Made by a program: the position numbers and the translations under genes. The notes beneath the pieces were generated by a model, which worked only from the letters and a program-made list of their open reading frames with translations, made no database searches and was not told the DNA's origin. 64,000 bases of DNA from Candidatus Kuenenia stuttgartensis (lineage in GTDB: Bacteria > Planctomycetota > GCA-002687715 > CAIWVZ01): NCBI GenBank assembly GCA_945860915.1, contig CAMARR010000007.1, forward strand, positions 37,010 to 101,009, read 5' to 3'. Positions 41,950-52,351 of the stretch are shown in pieces; position 1 is the stretch's first letter; each line of letters starts with the position of its first letter.

Positions 41950-43322
41950 ACCTCCTCATATAGAGGGCCTGTGTCGACATGATGAGCACTGAGCGCCGCG
42001 GCAAGAACGTCACGGCCAACAAGCAGAGATGCTTTGTCTGGAGCCTCGAAACGCACGGTGAGGTTCGGGGTCGTATTGCTTGCGCGCACAAGAAACCAAC
42101 CTCCCGCAACACGCACGCGGGCGCCATCGATCTCCACGACTTCGTGCCTACGTTTCAGCTCCGAGCACAGCGCATCAACAATTCCAAATTTCACATCGTC
42201 TGCGCAGGGAACTTTGATTTCTGCAGTCGAAACCGACCTCGGGATGTCGTTGAAGAGGTCACTGCAATGTACGCCGGGCGAGTCCATCAGCTTGAGAACC
42301 ATCAACGCTCCATAGAGCGAATCGTCTATCGGGAGATAATCGCGGTTGAAAACGATGTGGCCGGAGAGTTCGCCCCCGAGCACGGCGTCAAGCTCCTTGA
42401 TATCACGCTTCAGAAGCGAGTGTCCAGTCTTCCCCATGACGGGTATCCCGCCGCACTTTCGCACCCAGTCTTCGAGAAAGTCGCCGCATTTCACATCGTA
42501 TCGAATGACGCCAGCGGGATACGTTTTCAGCATGGCCTTAGCAAATATCGCGACGAGCCAATCCGCGGAGATCTTCTGGCCGCGCTCATCGATGACCCCG
42601 ACACGATCTCCATCGCCATCAAATCCAAGACCAAGATCCGCCCGCGTCTCGACGACCTTCGACATGAGGTCTTTCATGTATTTCGGGACCTCGGGATCCG
42701 GCAGATGATTCGGGAAATCTCCGTCCGGATTGCAGTACAAGGGAATCGTGTCGATGCCAAGTCGGTTGAAGGCATCAAGAACCGTCGGTCCCATCACGCC
42801 ATTTCCGCAATCAACGGCTACGCGGAATTTCCTCGTGAATCGGAAGCGCGAGCAAACATCCTCGAGGTAACGATCCATGTAAGCGACCGCGTCGACACGC
42901 CCAGTACCCGCAAGGAGATCACGCCCGTGTGCCTCAAGGTTCAGACTCCGTATCGCATCTCCGTGGAGACCGCTGGTACCTAGGCAACATTTCAATCCGT
43001 TGTCGGGCTTGGGATTGTGGCTTCCAGTCACCATCACGCAACCACCCGCACGGAGCCTGTGAACCGCGTGGTACGTCACCGGTGTGGGCGCCACCCCGAT
43101 GTCGAACACTGTCAGCCCCGTTGAAGCGAGGCCTTCGGCAACGGCATGAGCAAGCATCGGCGATGTATGGCGCACATCTCGACCAACCACTGCATTCGTG
43201 GCGCCGCCACGGACAATTCGACTTCCGAGTGCCTTGCCTACGCCGCGAGCCACTTCCGCGGAAAGTGGCACCGGTGACTTGCCTCGAATGTCGTACTCTC
43301 GGAAAAGATTCGGGTCGAACAT
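41946..43322 (-). CDS. phosphomannomutase/phosphoglucomutase
   Basis: Alpha-D-phosphohexomutase active-site loop TGSHNP plus Mg-binding and sugar-binding domains. Confidence 0.9.
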   Translation of the reverse strand: MFDPNLFREYDIRGKSPVPLSAEVARGVGKALGSRIVRGGATNAVVGRDVRHTSPMLAHAVAEGLASTGLTVFDIGVAPTPVTYHAVHRLRAGGCVMVTGSHNPKPDNGLKCCLGTSGLHGDAIRSLNLEAHGRDLLAGTGRVDAVAYMDRYLEDVCSRFRFTRKFRVAVDCGNGVMGPTVLDAFNRLGIDTIPLYCNPDGDFPNHLPDPEVPKYMKDLMSKVVETRADLGLGFDGDGDRVGVIDERGQKISADWLVAIFAKAMLKTYPAGVIRYDVKCGDFLEDWVRKCGGIPVMGKTGHSLLKRDIKELDAVLGGELSGHIVFNRDYLPIDDSLYGALMVLKLMDSPGVHCSDLFNDIPRSVSTAEIKVPCADDVKFGIVDALCSELKRRHEVVEIDGARVRVAGGWFLVRASNTTPNLTVRFEAPDKASLLVGRDVLAAALSAHHVDTGPLYEEV

Positions 43323-43369
43323 GCCTCAACCATAGCGACACGCCGACCGTTCGTCGCTAGAATCAGGCC

Positions 43370-44938
43370 ATGAGCATGCCGTTTTCTATCGCCTTCGTGA
43401 TTCTCTTTGCCGGGGTCCCCCTCGTCGCCCAAGACAGTCGCCCTGCTTCACATCCATCGACCGTGAGAGAGGTCGCGATCCTGCACACGAACGACATCCA
43501 TGGAACAATCAGGGCAATGCCTGATCCCCGCTCGCGCGAGGGTACCCCCAAGTTGGTGGGCGGCATTCAAGAACTCTGCGCGGCAATCGATGACGAACGG
43601 TTCAAGTCCCCGAACAACCTGCTCCTCGACGCCGGCGATTGGTACCAGGGCACGCCCGAAGGGACCCTGTCAAAAGGGCTTTGCTCCGTCGAGCTCATGA
43701 ATGCCATCGGATTCGATGCGGCTGTCTTGGGAAATCACGATTTCGACAATGGGGCATCCAATGTCGACACCCTCCTAGGGGTAGCCAGGTTCCCCGTGTT
43801 TGGGGTCAACATCATGGTCCCACCCGGTGCAAGTAAGCCTCCGTACCTCGAGCGCATCACACCAGGGAAGTTATTCATTACAAACGGAGTGAAGATCTTC
43901 GTAGACGGCATTCTGACGGAAGAAGCGCCACGACTCCTGAATCCTGGCGCAATGGGTGGAGCGCTTGTGGAGGCGGAAATCACCGGCGCGCAGCGTGCGG
44001 TTTCCCGCGCGCGGCAGGCGGGTGCCGAGGCACTTGTGCTTGTCAACCACGTTGGAAAAGACCGGCACTTGGTGATTGGTCGTGACGTTCAAGGCATCGA
44101 CGTCCTCATTGGCGGACACAACCACCGAGACGTTATGGATGAGCCCGTGATCATCCCCTCCACTGGGACCTTGATTGCTCAAGCTGCACCCAACGCCGGC
44201 GCGCTCGGAGTCGTTACCTTCGGCTTCGACACGGTCACCCGCAAAGTCGCCTGGAAAAAGAGCCGCCTTCGCCGAGTCGTTGGCGACCCGAGTCTGTCCA
44301 TTCCACGGCTTAAGCCCATCATCGACCTACACGAGAAGGCGGTCGCCGAGAACATGGATCGTCGGGTAGCCGAAGCCCCCGTAGCCATTCTCCGCAGTTC
44401 CGACCTCCGGCGGCCAACGCCTCTCGGCAACCTGCTTACAGAACAAATGCTGGCTGTTTCTGAAGCAGATATCGCTGTTCACAACATCAACGGGATTCGT
44501 GCAGATCTTCCAGCCGGGACGATCCGAGTCCGAGATCTTTTCATGGTCTCCCCATTCGGAAACACGGTCGTCACCGTGAAACTCCCTGGAAAGCACATTC
44601 GAGCACTCGTGGAACGTCACCTCGCCAATCCATCGCGGGGATTTGTTTTCCGGGGCATCACTACGGTATGGCGAGAGTCCGATGGACGCCGCGAGATCGT
44701 CTCGATCATGCACGATGGCAAGGACCTCGACGACGAGCGTCAGTATTCAGTCGTAACAACTGACTATTTGGCGAACGCAGCTGACGGCGCCTCGCCATTT
44801 TCTGCGGCCAGAGAGCGACGTGACCTCGGTATGACGCTGTTGGATGTTTCGATACGCAAGTGTCAGGAGGCTGGACGGCTGAACATTGACCTCGATGCGC
44901 AATGGGTGGAAGCGCCGAAGAAGCCCACTCAGCCGTGA
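43370..44938 (+). CDS. secreted bifunctional metallophosphatase/5'-nucleotidase (UshA-like)
   Basis: Signal peptide, calcineurin-like motifs (ILHTNDIHG, GNHDFDNG), 5'-nucleotidase C-terminal domain. Confidence 0.85.
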   Translation: MSMPFSIAFVILFAGVPLVAQDSRPASHPSTVREVAILHTNDIHGTIRAMPDPRSREGTPKLVGGIQELCAAIDDERFKSPNNLLLDAGDWYQGTPEGTLSKGLCSVELMNAIGFDAAVLGNHDFDNGASNVDTLLGVARFPVFGVNIMVPPGASKPPYLERITPGKLFITNGVKIFVDGILTEEAPRLLNPGAMGGALVEAEITGAQRAVSRARQAGAEALVLVNHVGKDRHLVIGRDVQGIDVLIGGHNHRDVMDEPVIIPSTGTLIAQAAPNAGALGVVTFGFDTVTRKVAWKKSRLRRVVGDPSLSIPRLKPIIDLHEKAVAENMDRRVAEAPVAILRSSDLRRPTPLGNLLTEQMLAVSEADIAVHNINGIRADLPAGTIRVRDLFMVSPFGNTVVTVKLPGKHIRALVERHLANPSRGFVFRGITTVWRESDGRREIVSIMHDGKDLDDERQYSVVTTDYLANAADGASPFSAARERRDLGMTLLDVSIRKCQEAGRLNIDLDAQWVEAPKKPTQP

Positions 44939-46221
44939 TGGAGCGACTCCACTCGTTCCTCGGCACCCTAGCCATCCTAGGGATCGCTTGGGCACTATGT
45001 CCGAAATCACGTCGGCGTCACGTCAACTATCGAACGCTGTTGTTCGGCCTCGGCCTGCTTTGGGTTTGCGCGTTGCTCGTGCTTATGACGCCGATCAAGA
45101 GCGTGTTCCAGTCGGCTCAACATGGCGTTGATACGCTCATGAGTTTCTGTGATGCAGGAACGGAGTTCGTCTTCGGCAAGGAACTGGTCAACCCCAATGG
45201 AAAACTGGGATTCGTATTCTTAGTGCGAGCACTGCCGCCGATCCTCTTTTTTTCCGCGATCATGTCGGTGCTCTACTACCTCCGTGTTCTGCCCATGATC
45301 GTTCGGTTCCTTGGCCGCACTCTCTCGTCAGTACTTGGCACAAGCGGCGCAGAGTCATTCTCCACGGCTGCGGACATTTTCGTTGGTCAAACGGAGGCTC
45401 CGCTCACCATCCGCCCCTACCTAGCGAAGGCGACACGATCCGAGATTCATGCGTGCATGACCGCAGGATTCGCAACAACGGCGGGCGCAGTGCTTGTTAC
45501 CTACGCGACGATGCTGAAGTCTCTTGTCCCTGGCATCGCAGGGCATCTGATCGTATGCAGCGTACTCTGTGCTCCGGCCTCACTGATCATTGCAAAACTG
45601 ATGTACCCTGAAGATTCAACGCCTGAAACCGCTGGCAAGACGGATCTCGAGTTGCCTCGAACGTCCGTCAACCTCGTCGATGCCATCACATCAGGGACAA
45701 CTGACGGGCTTCGTCTAGCCGTCAACGTTGCGGCCATGTTGATCGTTTTCATCGCGATGACTGCGCTCCTTGATGCGGGACTCATGGGCCTGTCAAAGTG
45801 GTTGGCGTCGCTAGTTGGAGACGGGGGTGGCTTGATACCTCCCGAAGGATGGTCGCTCGCAGGACTCCTTGGGATCATTTTCCGCCCACTCGTCTGGTTG
45901 CTTGGCATCGCCCCCGGCGACGTGCCCCTCGCCGCAAGTCTCATCGGGAAAAAGACTGTTCTCAACGAGTGGATCGCATACCGCGATATGGCCACCACTC
46001 TCGCCGACAATCCGAGCGCCCTATCCGAGCGAGGCCGACTCATCATGTCCTACGCCCTATGCGGCTTCGCCAACTTTGCCAGCATCGGAATTCAGATCGG
46101 TGGTTACTCTGCTCTCGAGCCTTCGCGGAGAAGTGACTTCGCGTCCCTTGCCGTTCGAGCCATGTTCGGTGGACTCCTAACCACTTGTTTGGTTGCCGCC
46201 GTCGTCGGCGTTCTGACGTGA
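44938..46221 (+). CDS. nupC: NupC/NupG family concentrative nucleoside transporter
   Basis: CNT-family polytopic membrane protein, 427 aa. ATG overlaps the ushA-like stop. Confidence 0.85.
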   Translation: MERLHSFLGTLAILGIAWALCPKSRRRHVNYRTLLFGLGLLWVCALLVLMTPIKSVFQSAQHGVDTLMSFCDAGTEFVFGKELVNPNGKLGFVFLVRALPPILFFSAIMSVLYYLRVLPMIVRFLGRTLSSVLGTSGAESFSTAADIFVGQTEAPLTIRPYLAKATRSEIHACMTAGFATTAGAVLVTYATMLKSLVPGIAGHLIVCSVLCAPASLIIAKLMYPEDSTPETAGKTDLELPRTSVNLVDAITSGTTDGLRLAVNVAAMLIVFIAMTALLDAGLMGLSKWLASLVGDGGGLIPPEGWSLAGLLGIIFRPLVWLLGIAPGDVPLAASLIGKKTVLNEWIAYRDMATTLADNPSALSERGRLIMSYALCGFANFASIGIQIGGYSALEPSRRSDFASLAVRAMFGGLLTTCLVAAVVGVLT

Positions 46222-47222
46222 GCTCCTTCGATTCCCATCCGAAGGTGGAGCTTCACCTTCACCTAGATGGCGCCCTTCGGACGGCAACACTCTTCGACAT
46301 GGCAACCACCTTCGGCCTGTCCATGCCTCATGGCGGGATTGAGGCCTTTGACTCATTGGTTCGCGCAAGTCCCGACTGCACCTCACTTGAGCAGTTTCTG
46401 AAGCCATTTGACGTGATCGCGCCCATCCTCTCGCACCCGGACACGCTGATTCGGGCCACGAGGGAGGTCATCGAAGACTTGCATGCGCAACACGTTATCC
46501 ATGCTGAGCTTCGATTTGCGGCTAGCCTCATGACGGGACCAAAGCGCCCTCTCGAAGCCGTCGTCGAGGAAGCTCTGACCGGCCTTCATCAAGGAACTTC
46601 GCAAACCGGGATGTCCGCCGGCATCATCCTGTGCGTGTTTCGAATTGGAAGTGTAGACGAGGCACTCCACACCGCGCGGGTCGCTGCGCGTTATCGAGAT
46701 CGTGGCGTTGTCGGAATCGACCTTGCCGGCCCCGAGGCGGCCCCTGCACGACCCTACTATGAAGCATTCCGTCTCGCACGAGATGCGGGGCTTGGCATCA
46801 CGTTGCATGCTGGAGAAGCATGTGGCCCCGAGAACATCCGTGAGGCTATTGACCTGTTCGGTGCCACTCGAATCGGTCACGGGCTAACGCTCGAGCGAGA
46901 CTTAAGACTCATGCGCCAAGTCATAGATCAAGACATCGCCATCGAGTCCTGTCCCACCAGCAATATTCACACCGGCCAAATTCGATCACTCGCCGAGCAT
47001 CCATTTCGTCGCTATTTAGATGCAGGCGTTGCAATCACGCTTTCCACCGACGACCCGTCGCTCTCTCGCATCACACTCAACGGTGAATGGGAGAATTGCA
47101 GGCGCGCGTTTGGACTTGACGCAATGGACTTCGATAGAATCAATGAGAATGCGATTCGTCATGCCTTCATCCCTGCATCCGAGAAAGCGCGCTTCGCCAA
47201 GCGCCTTGAAAGACGCCCATGA
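46218..47222 (+). CDS. add: adenosine deaminase
   Basis: Metal-binding HxH (VELHLHLDG) and SLSTDDP motif. GTG start overlaps the nupC stop. Confidence 0.85.
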   Translation: MSSFDSHPKVELHLHLDGALRTATLFDMATTFGLSMPHGGIEAFDSLVRASPDCTSLEQFLKPFDVIAPILSHPDTLIRATREVIEDLHAQHVIHAELRFAASLMTGPKRPLEAVVEEALTGLHQGTSQTGMSAGIILCVFRIGSVDEALHTARVAARYRDRGVVGIDLAGPEAAPARPYYEAFRLARDAGLGITLHAGEACGPENIREAIDLFGATRIGHGLTLERDLRLMRQVIDQDIAIESCPTSNIHTGQIRSLAEHPFRRYLDAGVAITLSTDDPSLSRITLNGEWENCRRAFGLDAMDFDRINENAIRHAFIPASEKARFAKRLERRP

Positions 47223-47605
47223 CTCCTGATGAACTTGTCCAGCTCGCAGCCAAGGCTCGAAAGTTGGCGTACGCGCCATACTCCCACTACAAAGTGGGTG
47301 CCGCCATCCTGGCAAACGATGGACGTGTTTTCACCGGCTGCAATGTTGAAAACGCTTCATTTGGCCTCACCTGCTGTGCAGAACGAACGGCCGTGTTCTC
47401 CGCAGTTGCTGCAGGAGCGAAGAAATTCGCAGCGATTGCCATTGTGACTTCCAACGGTGGATCACCGTGCGGAGCGTGTCGACAAGTGCTCCGCGAATTC
47501 GGAACGTCTACGCTCGTCATCATGTCCCGACCAAAAGGACGACCAACCGCAGCCTTGCTCGGGGACCTGCTTCCGGGATCTTTCGGACCGGAGCAACTGC
47601 GATGA
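47219..47605 (+). CDS. cdd: cytidine deaminase
   Basis: Zinc motif CAERTA ... PCGACRQ. 128 aa. Confidence 0.9.
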   Translation: MTPDELVQLAAKARKLAYAPYSHYKVGAAILANDGRVFTGCNVENASFGLTCCAERTAVFSAVAAGAKKFAAIAIVTSNGGSPCGACRQVLREFGTSTLVIMSRPKGRPTAALLGDLLPGSFGPEQLR

Positions 47606-49179
47606 AGGCCGCACTGTTTATCGTGCTGATGCTCATCGGAGCCGTCTCGCAGGCTCAGGAGACGCTTCCGGCGCGACCCGAAATCCCCGAATTCCCCACA
47701 GAATCCGTGTGGATCAACACCCCCCGCCCCTTGACGCTCCACGGCGACCTCAAGGGCCACGTCGTACTCCTCGACTTCTGGACCTACTGCTGCATCAACT
47801 GTCTCCACATTCTTCCCGATCTCGAGGACCTAGAGACTCGCTTCCGCGACGTTCCATTCGTCGTCGTCGGAGTTCATAGCGCGAAGTTCGACAACGAGAA
47901 TGTGCCGGAGAACGTCCGGGCAGCAGTCCGTCGTCACCACATCTCACATCCGGTCGTCGTCGATACGAAGCAAGACTTGTGGCAACGACTGGGAGTTCGC
48001 GCATGGCCGACTCTCATTCTCATTGACACCGAGGGGCGTGGATTCCGCGCCTGGTCCGGCGAAGGCAACAAGGAGTCCATCGCGGAGGCGATCACAAAGC
48101 TGGTTGCGGAAGGCCGAGCCCGCGGAACACTTGCCGACAAGGCGTGGAAATCCGAGTCTCTGCCTCCACTTGAAACTGCGACTGGCTTGTCCTTCCCCGG
48201 AAAAGTGATCGGATCACCCACCAGCGATAGGATTTTTGTTGCGGATTCAAGCGCCAACCGAATCATTGAGGCAACCTGGCCCAATAAGGAAGGAAGGTCA
48301 AAACTGGTGCGCATCTTCGGGACGGGTTCCCCGGGCTACGCCGACGGGGATCAGCTGCGCGCCCAGTTCCGCTTTCCACAAGGGCTTGCGCAAGTAGGCA
48401 ATGATCTATGGGTCGCGGACACGGACAACCACGCAGTCCGACATATTGATCTCGCGTCGGGAGTTGTCTCCACGCTTGTAGGCAATGGAACGATGGGCAA
48501 CGATCGTTCCGGCGGAAAGCGAGGCCGAGAACAATCGTTAAATTCCCCATGGGATCTCGCTGCGTCACCTGGGTCCTTGGCCGTCGCGATGGCAGGGACG
48601 CACCAACTCTGGAAGGTCGATACGACGAATGCGCTCGCCCGCAGGTTCTCCGGCTCAGGCCGCGAGAACATCAAAGATGGGGCGCCCGATGTAGCGAATT
48701 TTGCGCAACCATCTGGTCTCGCGTGGCTCGGGGTTGATTTATTGGTCGCCGACAGCGAAACCAGTTCCATTCGTCGAGTTTCACCGGATGGTCGTGCAAG
48801 CACTTTAGTTGGAGAAGGCCTGTTCGAATTTGGAGATACCGACGGACCCTTAGGCAGCGCACGACTTCAACATGCACTCGGTGTTGCTGTTCTCGGCAAG
48901 TCGATCATCATCGCGGATACGTACAACTCTAAACTCAAACTCATCGATACCGGCTTAACTCGCGTTGACACGTTGCCTCTCACATTCGCCAGCGAGCCCA
49001 AGTCGTTAGCGGAGCCAGGCGGAGTCTCTTCAGCCGGAGATAGGTGGCTTGTCGCAGACACAAACCACCACCGCATTCTCCAAGTCTTCGAAGATGGGAG
49101 AGCTATCGAGGTTCAAATTGCTGGGATTCGCAAGCAGGACTCGCGCCCCGCTCCGGCGCCTGAATCCCGCCCTCGTTAA
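47602..49179 (+). CDS. secreted thioredoxin-like (TlpA/redoxin) domain fused to NHL-repeat beta-propeller
   Basis: Signal peptide, a CINC redox motif in a thioredoxin fold, then at least 5 NHL repeats (VADTDNHAVRHID, VADSETSSIRRV, IADTYNSKLKLID, VADTNHHRILQV). ATG overlaps the cdd stop. Confidence 0.8.
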   Translation: MKAALFIVLMLIGAVSQAQETLPARPEIPEFPTESVWINTPRPLTLHGDLKGHVVLLDFWTYCCINCLHILPDLEDLETRFRDVPFVVVGVHSAKFDNENVPENVRAAVRRHHISHPVVVDTKQDLWQRLGVRAWPTLILIDTEGRGFRAWSGEGNKESIAEAITKLVAEGRARGTLADKAWKSESLPPLETATGLSFPGKVIGSPTSDRIFVADSSANRIIEATWPNKEGRSKLVRIFGTGSPGYADGDQLRAQFRFPQGLAQVGNDLWVADTDNHAVRHIDLASGVVSTLVGNGTMGNDRSGGKRGREQSLNSPWDLAASPGSLAVAMAGTHQLWKVDTTNALARRFSGSGRENIKDGAPDVANFAQPSGLAWLGVDLLVADSETSSIRRVSPDGRASTLVGEGLFEFGDTDGPLGSARLQHALGVAVLGKSIIIADTYNSKLKLIDTGLTRVDTLPLTFASEPKSLAEPGGVSSAGDRWLVADTNHHRILQVFEDGRAIEVQIAGIRKQDSRPAPAPESRPR

Positions 49180-50642
49180 AGGACAATCGTCGCGCGAACA
49201 ACGGCGCTGCGTCCAAGGTAACCGGCGTAGCCGATGCTCGGATTAAACGCGATCGAGACAATGTCGAAAGTGAAGGTGCCAAAAGATCCAGCACTCGGAA
49301 TCGTCACGCTAAAGTCACCTGATCCGTCCACCATGACGTGAAAGGGTGCCACTCCCACAGGCAAGGTGAAGGGGAAGAACAGGTCTCCTGACCCAGCACC
49401 CGCCCCGAGCCCAAAGAAGGGACCTGTCCCCAATGGCTGCGTCGTGACGAACGACAGCGCATTGACCACTTCGCTAAATGGCGGCGCGTCCGTCACGGCA
49501 ACCGTAATCGGATTTCCTGCCGCACCAATTTGGGACACGGAAACCTGATGAATTCCGGGAACCTGAATGATGGTTGCAAGGTGCGCTTGGAGGCCGGAAT
49601 TCAAAATGGAAGTTCCCGAGTTTGCACCTCCCGAAGCCGTGCATCCGGCATTGGTATGGATCCCGAAGACCAACTGCGAAGCCTCGTTGACGACGCAAGA
49701 ACCGGAATTTCCGCCAGTGGTATCGACGGTGTATTCCAAGCGTGTTCCAGAGACTAAGGATAAACCACCCGTGTGTGTCGTTGGAGCCTGATTCTGAACG
49801 CCCGCGCCGGTTCCAAATCCTGAGATTCTGGTGGTCGAACCGATGAGCGGGATCGATGTTGCGCGATTGTAGAATCCCTGAACCGAGGGCGCTGAAAGTC
49901 CCGACGTGGTGTTTGAGAATAGTCGAAATGCTGCCCAGTCATTGCCGATTCCACCATTGGTGTACGCGAGTGACGCGGAATCCGCGGGGTACTGATTAAT
50001 GGGCGAAGGGTGCACGACTGCGCCCGATACGGTCGACGGCGGACAGTTGAATTCGACTGTGTACTGATTCCCACCGATGCAGTGACCGGCTGTCATGAAA
50101 ACACCGTTTGCGCTGATCAATCCCCCGGAACAAATCGCGCTTCCTCCGCTATTGAGAAGCCTTCCGATTCTGGTTTCGGCCGTAGGAACGCGATCGTCTG
50201 TTGCGCCGCATATCGAGTCAATGCCAACCACCGACGGGAACCCGGCGTCGACACCGCTGATCGTCACGAACCCGGTTGAAAATGGTGGAAGTTGGAGGCT
50301 AACTCGGACAGAATCACCGTTGAAGTAGCAAGACGTCCCCTCCCACTTCTCATAAGCATCCACATCCAAGTCCTGATGAAAACCATCTAATATGCCCTCA
50401 ACGCGCACGAATGATCCGTTGGGTAAGTCAGCCCCACCAAACCACACCTTCATCCAAGCAGACCCTGGCATGGTGAGAGTAATCGGGGGCGTCGACATGG
50501 AGAGGCTCGATGCATTCACCACCTGTCCGGTTGTCACGAATTGCGGTACATGGGCGCCGTAGGCAGGCCCTACCTGTCCGAATGCAAACGCAGATCCGAA
50601 GATCGCAAGGACAATTCCGAAGGTCGCGTGCTGTAGTTTCAT
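49176..50642 (-). CDS. secreted trypsin-like serine protease with large C-terminal beta-rich domain
   Basis: Signal peptide; His context TAGHC and Ser context GGNSGS; Gly/Thr/Ser-rich C-terminal half. Confidence 0.6.
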   Translation of the reverse strand: MKLQHATFGIVLAIFGSAFAFGQVGPAYGAHVPQFVTTGQVVNASSLSMSTPPITLTMPGSAWMKVWFGGADLPNGSFVRVEGILDGFHQDLDVDAYEKWEGTSCYFNGDSVRVSLQLPPFSTGFVTISGVDAGFPSVVGIDSICGATDDRVPTAETRIGRLLNSGGSAICSGGLISANGVFMTAGHCIGGNQYTVEFNCPPSTVSGAVVHPSPINQYPADSASLAYTNGGIGNDWAAFRLFSNTTSGLSAPSVQGFYNRATSIPLIGSTTRISGFGTGAGVQNQAPTTHTGGLSLVSGTRLEYTVDTTGGNSGSCVVNEASQLVFGIHTNAGCTASGGANSGTSILNSGLQAHLATIIQVPGIHQVSVSQIGAAGNPITVAVTDAPPFSEVVNALSFVTTQPLGTGPFFGLGAGAGSGDLFFPFTLPVGVAPFHVMVDGSGDFSVTIPSAGSFGTFTFDIVSIAFNPSIGYAGYLGRSAVVRATIVL

Positions 50643-50704
50643 GATGCCCTCTATTCTAACCCTCTCTGATCGTAGTATGCGGAACTCTGTACGCTGCAAA
50701 GAAC

Positions 50705-52351
50705 ATGACCCAGCCCGTCTCTAGGTTGCTCATAACGTTCGCGCTCCTTGTTGCACAAATTGGCGCTCAGATTGCGTTCCCGTATCCACCCCCAAGTCCC
50801 GGCAACACAACACCATGCGACATCCTCATCGCCGGGGGCACATTTGGCGGCGTTGCTGCGGCAGTCGGCGCATCGGGTCTCGACACCTGGGTCATCGAAG
50901 ACTCGGATTGGATTGGCGGACAGGTAACCTCGCAGGGCGTCTCCCCTCTCGACGAACACCGCTTTATCGAGACGTTCGGGGGCACATTCGCCTACGACAC
51001 GTTTCGAAAGCGTATTCGAGACCATTACGGCGAAAAGAACCCGGGGCGAGGATGGGTCAGCCGCCTTTGTTTCGAGCCTCGAATCGGCCTGAAGGTCCTT
51101 GAGCAACTCGCTCGGGAGTCACGTACCAAGGTCCTGCTCAACGCTCGGGTGACTGCAATCACCCGTCAGGCCGAGAAAATCACGTCTGCGACCGTGACCC
51201 TCAAAGACGGCAGCACGCGCGTGTTTAAACCGAAATTCATTCTCGATGCAACCGACCTCGGTGATATCTACCCACTCGCTGGCATTCCCTTCCGCATCGG
51301 CAGCGATGCAAAGGCCGACACCGGAGAGCCACACGCAGACACCGTTGCTAATCCGCGCCGAACTCAGAGCTTCACTTACTGTTTCGCGGTCGACTTCGTC
51401 AAGGGCAACAAGGAACTGATCAACAAACCACGCGACTACGAACGCAACCGTGACAATCAGCCCTATTCTTTGAGCATCGGCGGAGCTGAGCGGCCTCAGG
51501 TTTATCGAGTGTTCGAACACGCGAAGGGCACCGGAGGACCATTCTGGACCTATCGCACGCTGACTCCTGACATTGCGATGATCAACTGGCCCGGCAACGA
51601 CTATCGAGGAACGGAGGTTCTTCTTGCCAACCACGACGACGCAAAAAACCTCGCCTTGGGATTCTTGTACTGGCTTCAGAACGAATGCCCCCGCGATGAC
51701 GGTGGCCGTGGCTATCCTGAGATGCGGCTCCGAAAAGATGTCATGGGTACCGAGGATGGGCTCTCCATGCGCCCATACTACCGTGAAGGTCGTCGACTCA
51801 AGGCAATGACGACCATTGTCGAGCAAGACATCGTCGCAGGGGCGCATTCTAGTTCAGGGAGTTCTGCCCGAGCGGCCCTATTCGCCGATTCCGTTGGAGT
51901 CGGGTACTACCCCATTGATATTCACGTATGCCATGGGGACACCAAGGAAGAACACAGCTCTGGACTGCCCACAAAGCCGTTTCAAATTCCGCTTGGGTCC
52001 TTGATACCTATCGGTGTCACGAACGTACTTGCTGCAGGAAAATCGCTCGGTGTTACGCACGTTACAAACGGCTCATATCGCCTACACCCCGTTGAATGGA
52101 ACACAGGAGAATCAGCAGGCCGCACTGCTCGATTTTGCATCGATAAGCAGAAATCACCAATCGAAGTACGCGCGAACCCCGCCCTCATGCAAGAACTTCA
52201 ACGAAGCCTGCTCACGGATGGCGTACCAATCTTCTGGTATGTCGACTTGAAGCGCGATTCGGCGGACTGGATCGAGGCTCAGATGACAGCCGTCAAATCA
52301 GGAACTGCAGTTGATCCGACATCACTTGGACTCAAGGCGAAGGTGCAATGA
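50705..52351 (+). CDS. secreted FAD-dependent oxidoreductase (FAD_oxidored-like)
   Basis: Signal peptide followed by a dinucleotide-binding motif (ILIAGGTFGGVAAA). Confidence 0.65.
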   Translation: MTQPVSRLLITFALLVAQIGAQIAFPYPPPSPGNTTPCDILIAGGTFGGVAAAVGASGLDTWVIEDSDWIGGQVTSQGVSPLDEHRFIETFGGTFAYDTFRKRIRDHYGEKNPGRGWVSRLCFEPRIGLKVLEQLARESRTKVLLNARVTAITRQAEKITSATVTLKDGSTRVFKPKFILDATDLGDIYPLAGIPFRIGSDAKADTGEPHADTVANPRRTQSFTYCFAVDFVKGNKELINKPRDYERNRDNQPYSLSIGGAERPQVYRVFEHAKGTGGPFWTYRTLTPDIAMINWPGNDYRGTEVLLANHDDAKNLALGFLYWLQNECPRDDGGRGYPEMRLRKDVMGTEDGLSMRPYYREGRRLKAMTTIVEQDIVAGAHSSSGSSARAALFADSVGVGYYPIDIHVCHGDTKEEHSSGLPTKPFQIPLGSLIPIGVTNVLAAGKSLGVTHVTNGSYRLHPVEWNTGESAGRTARFCIDKQKSPIEVRANPALMQELQRSLLTDGVPIFWYVDLKRDSADWIEAQMTAVKSGTAVDPTSLGLKAKVQ

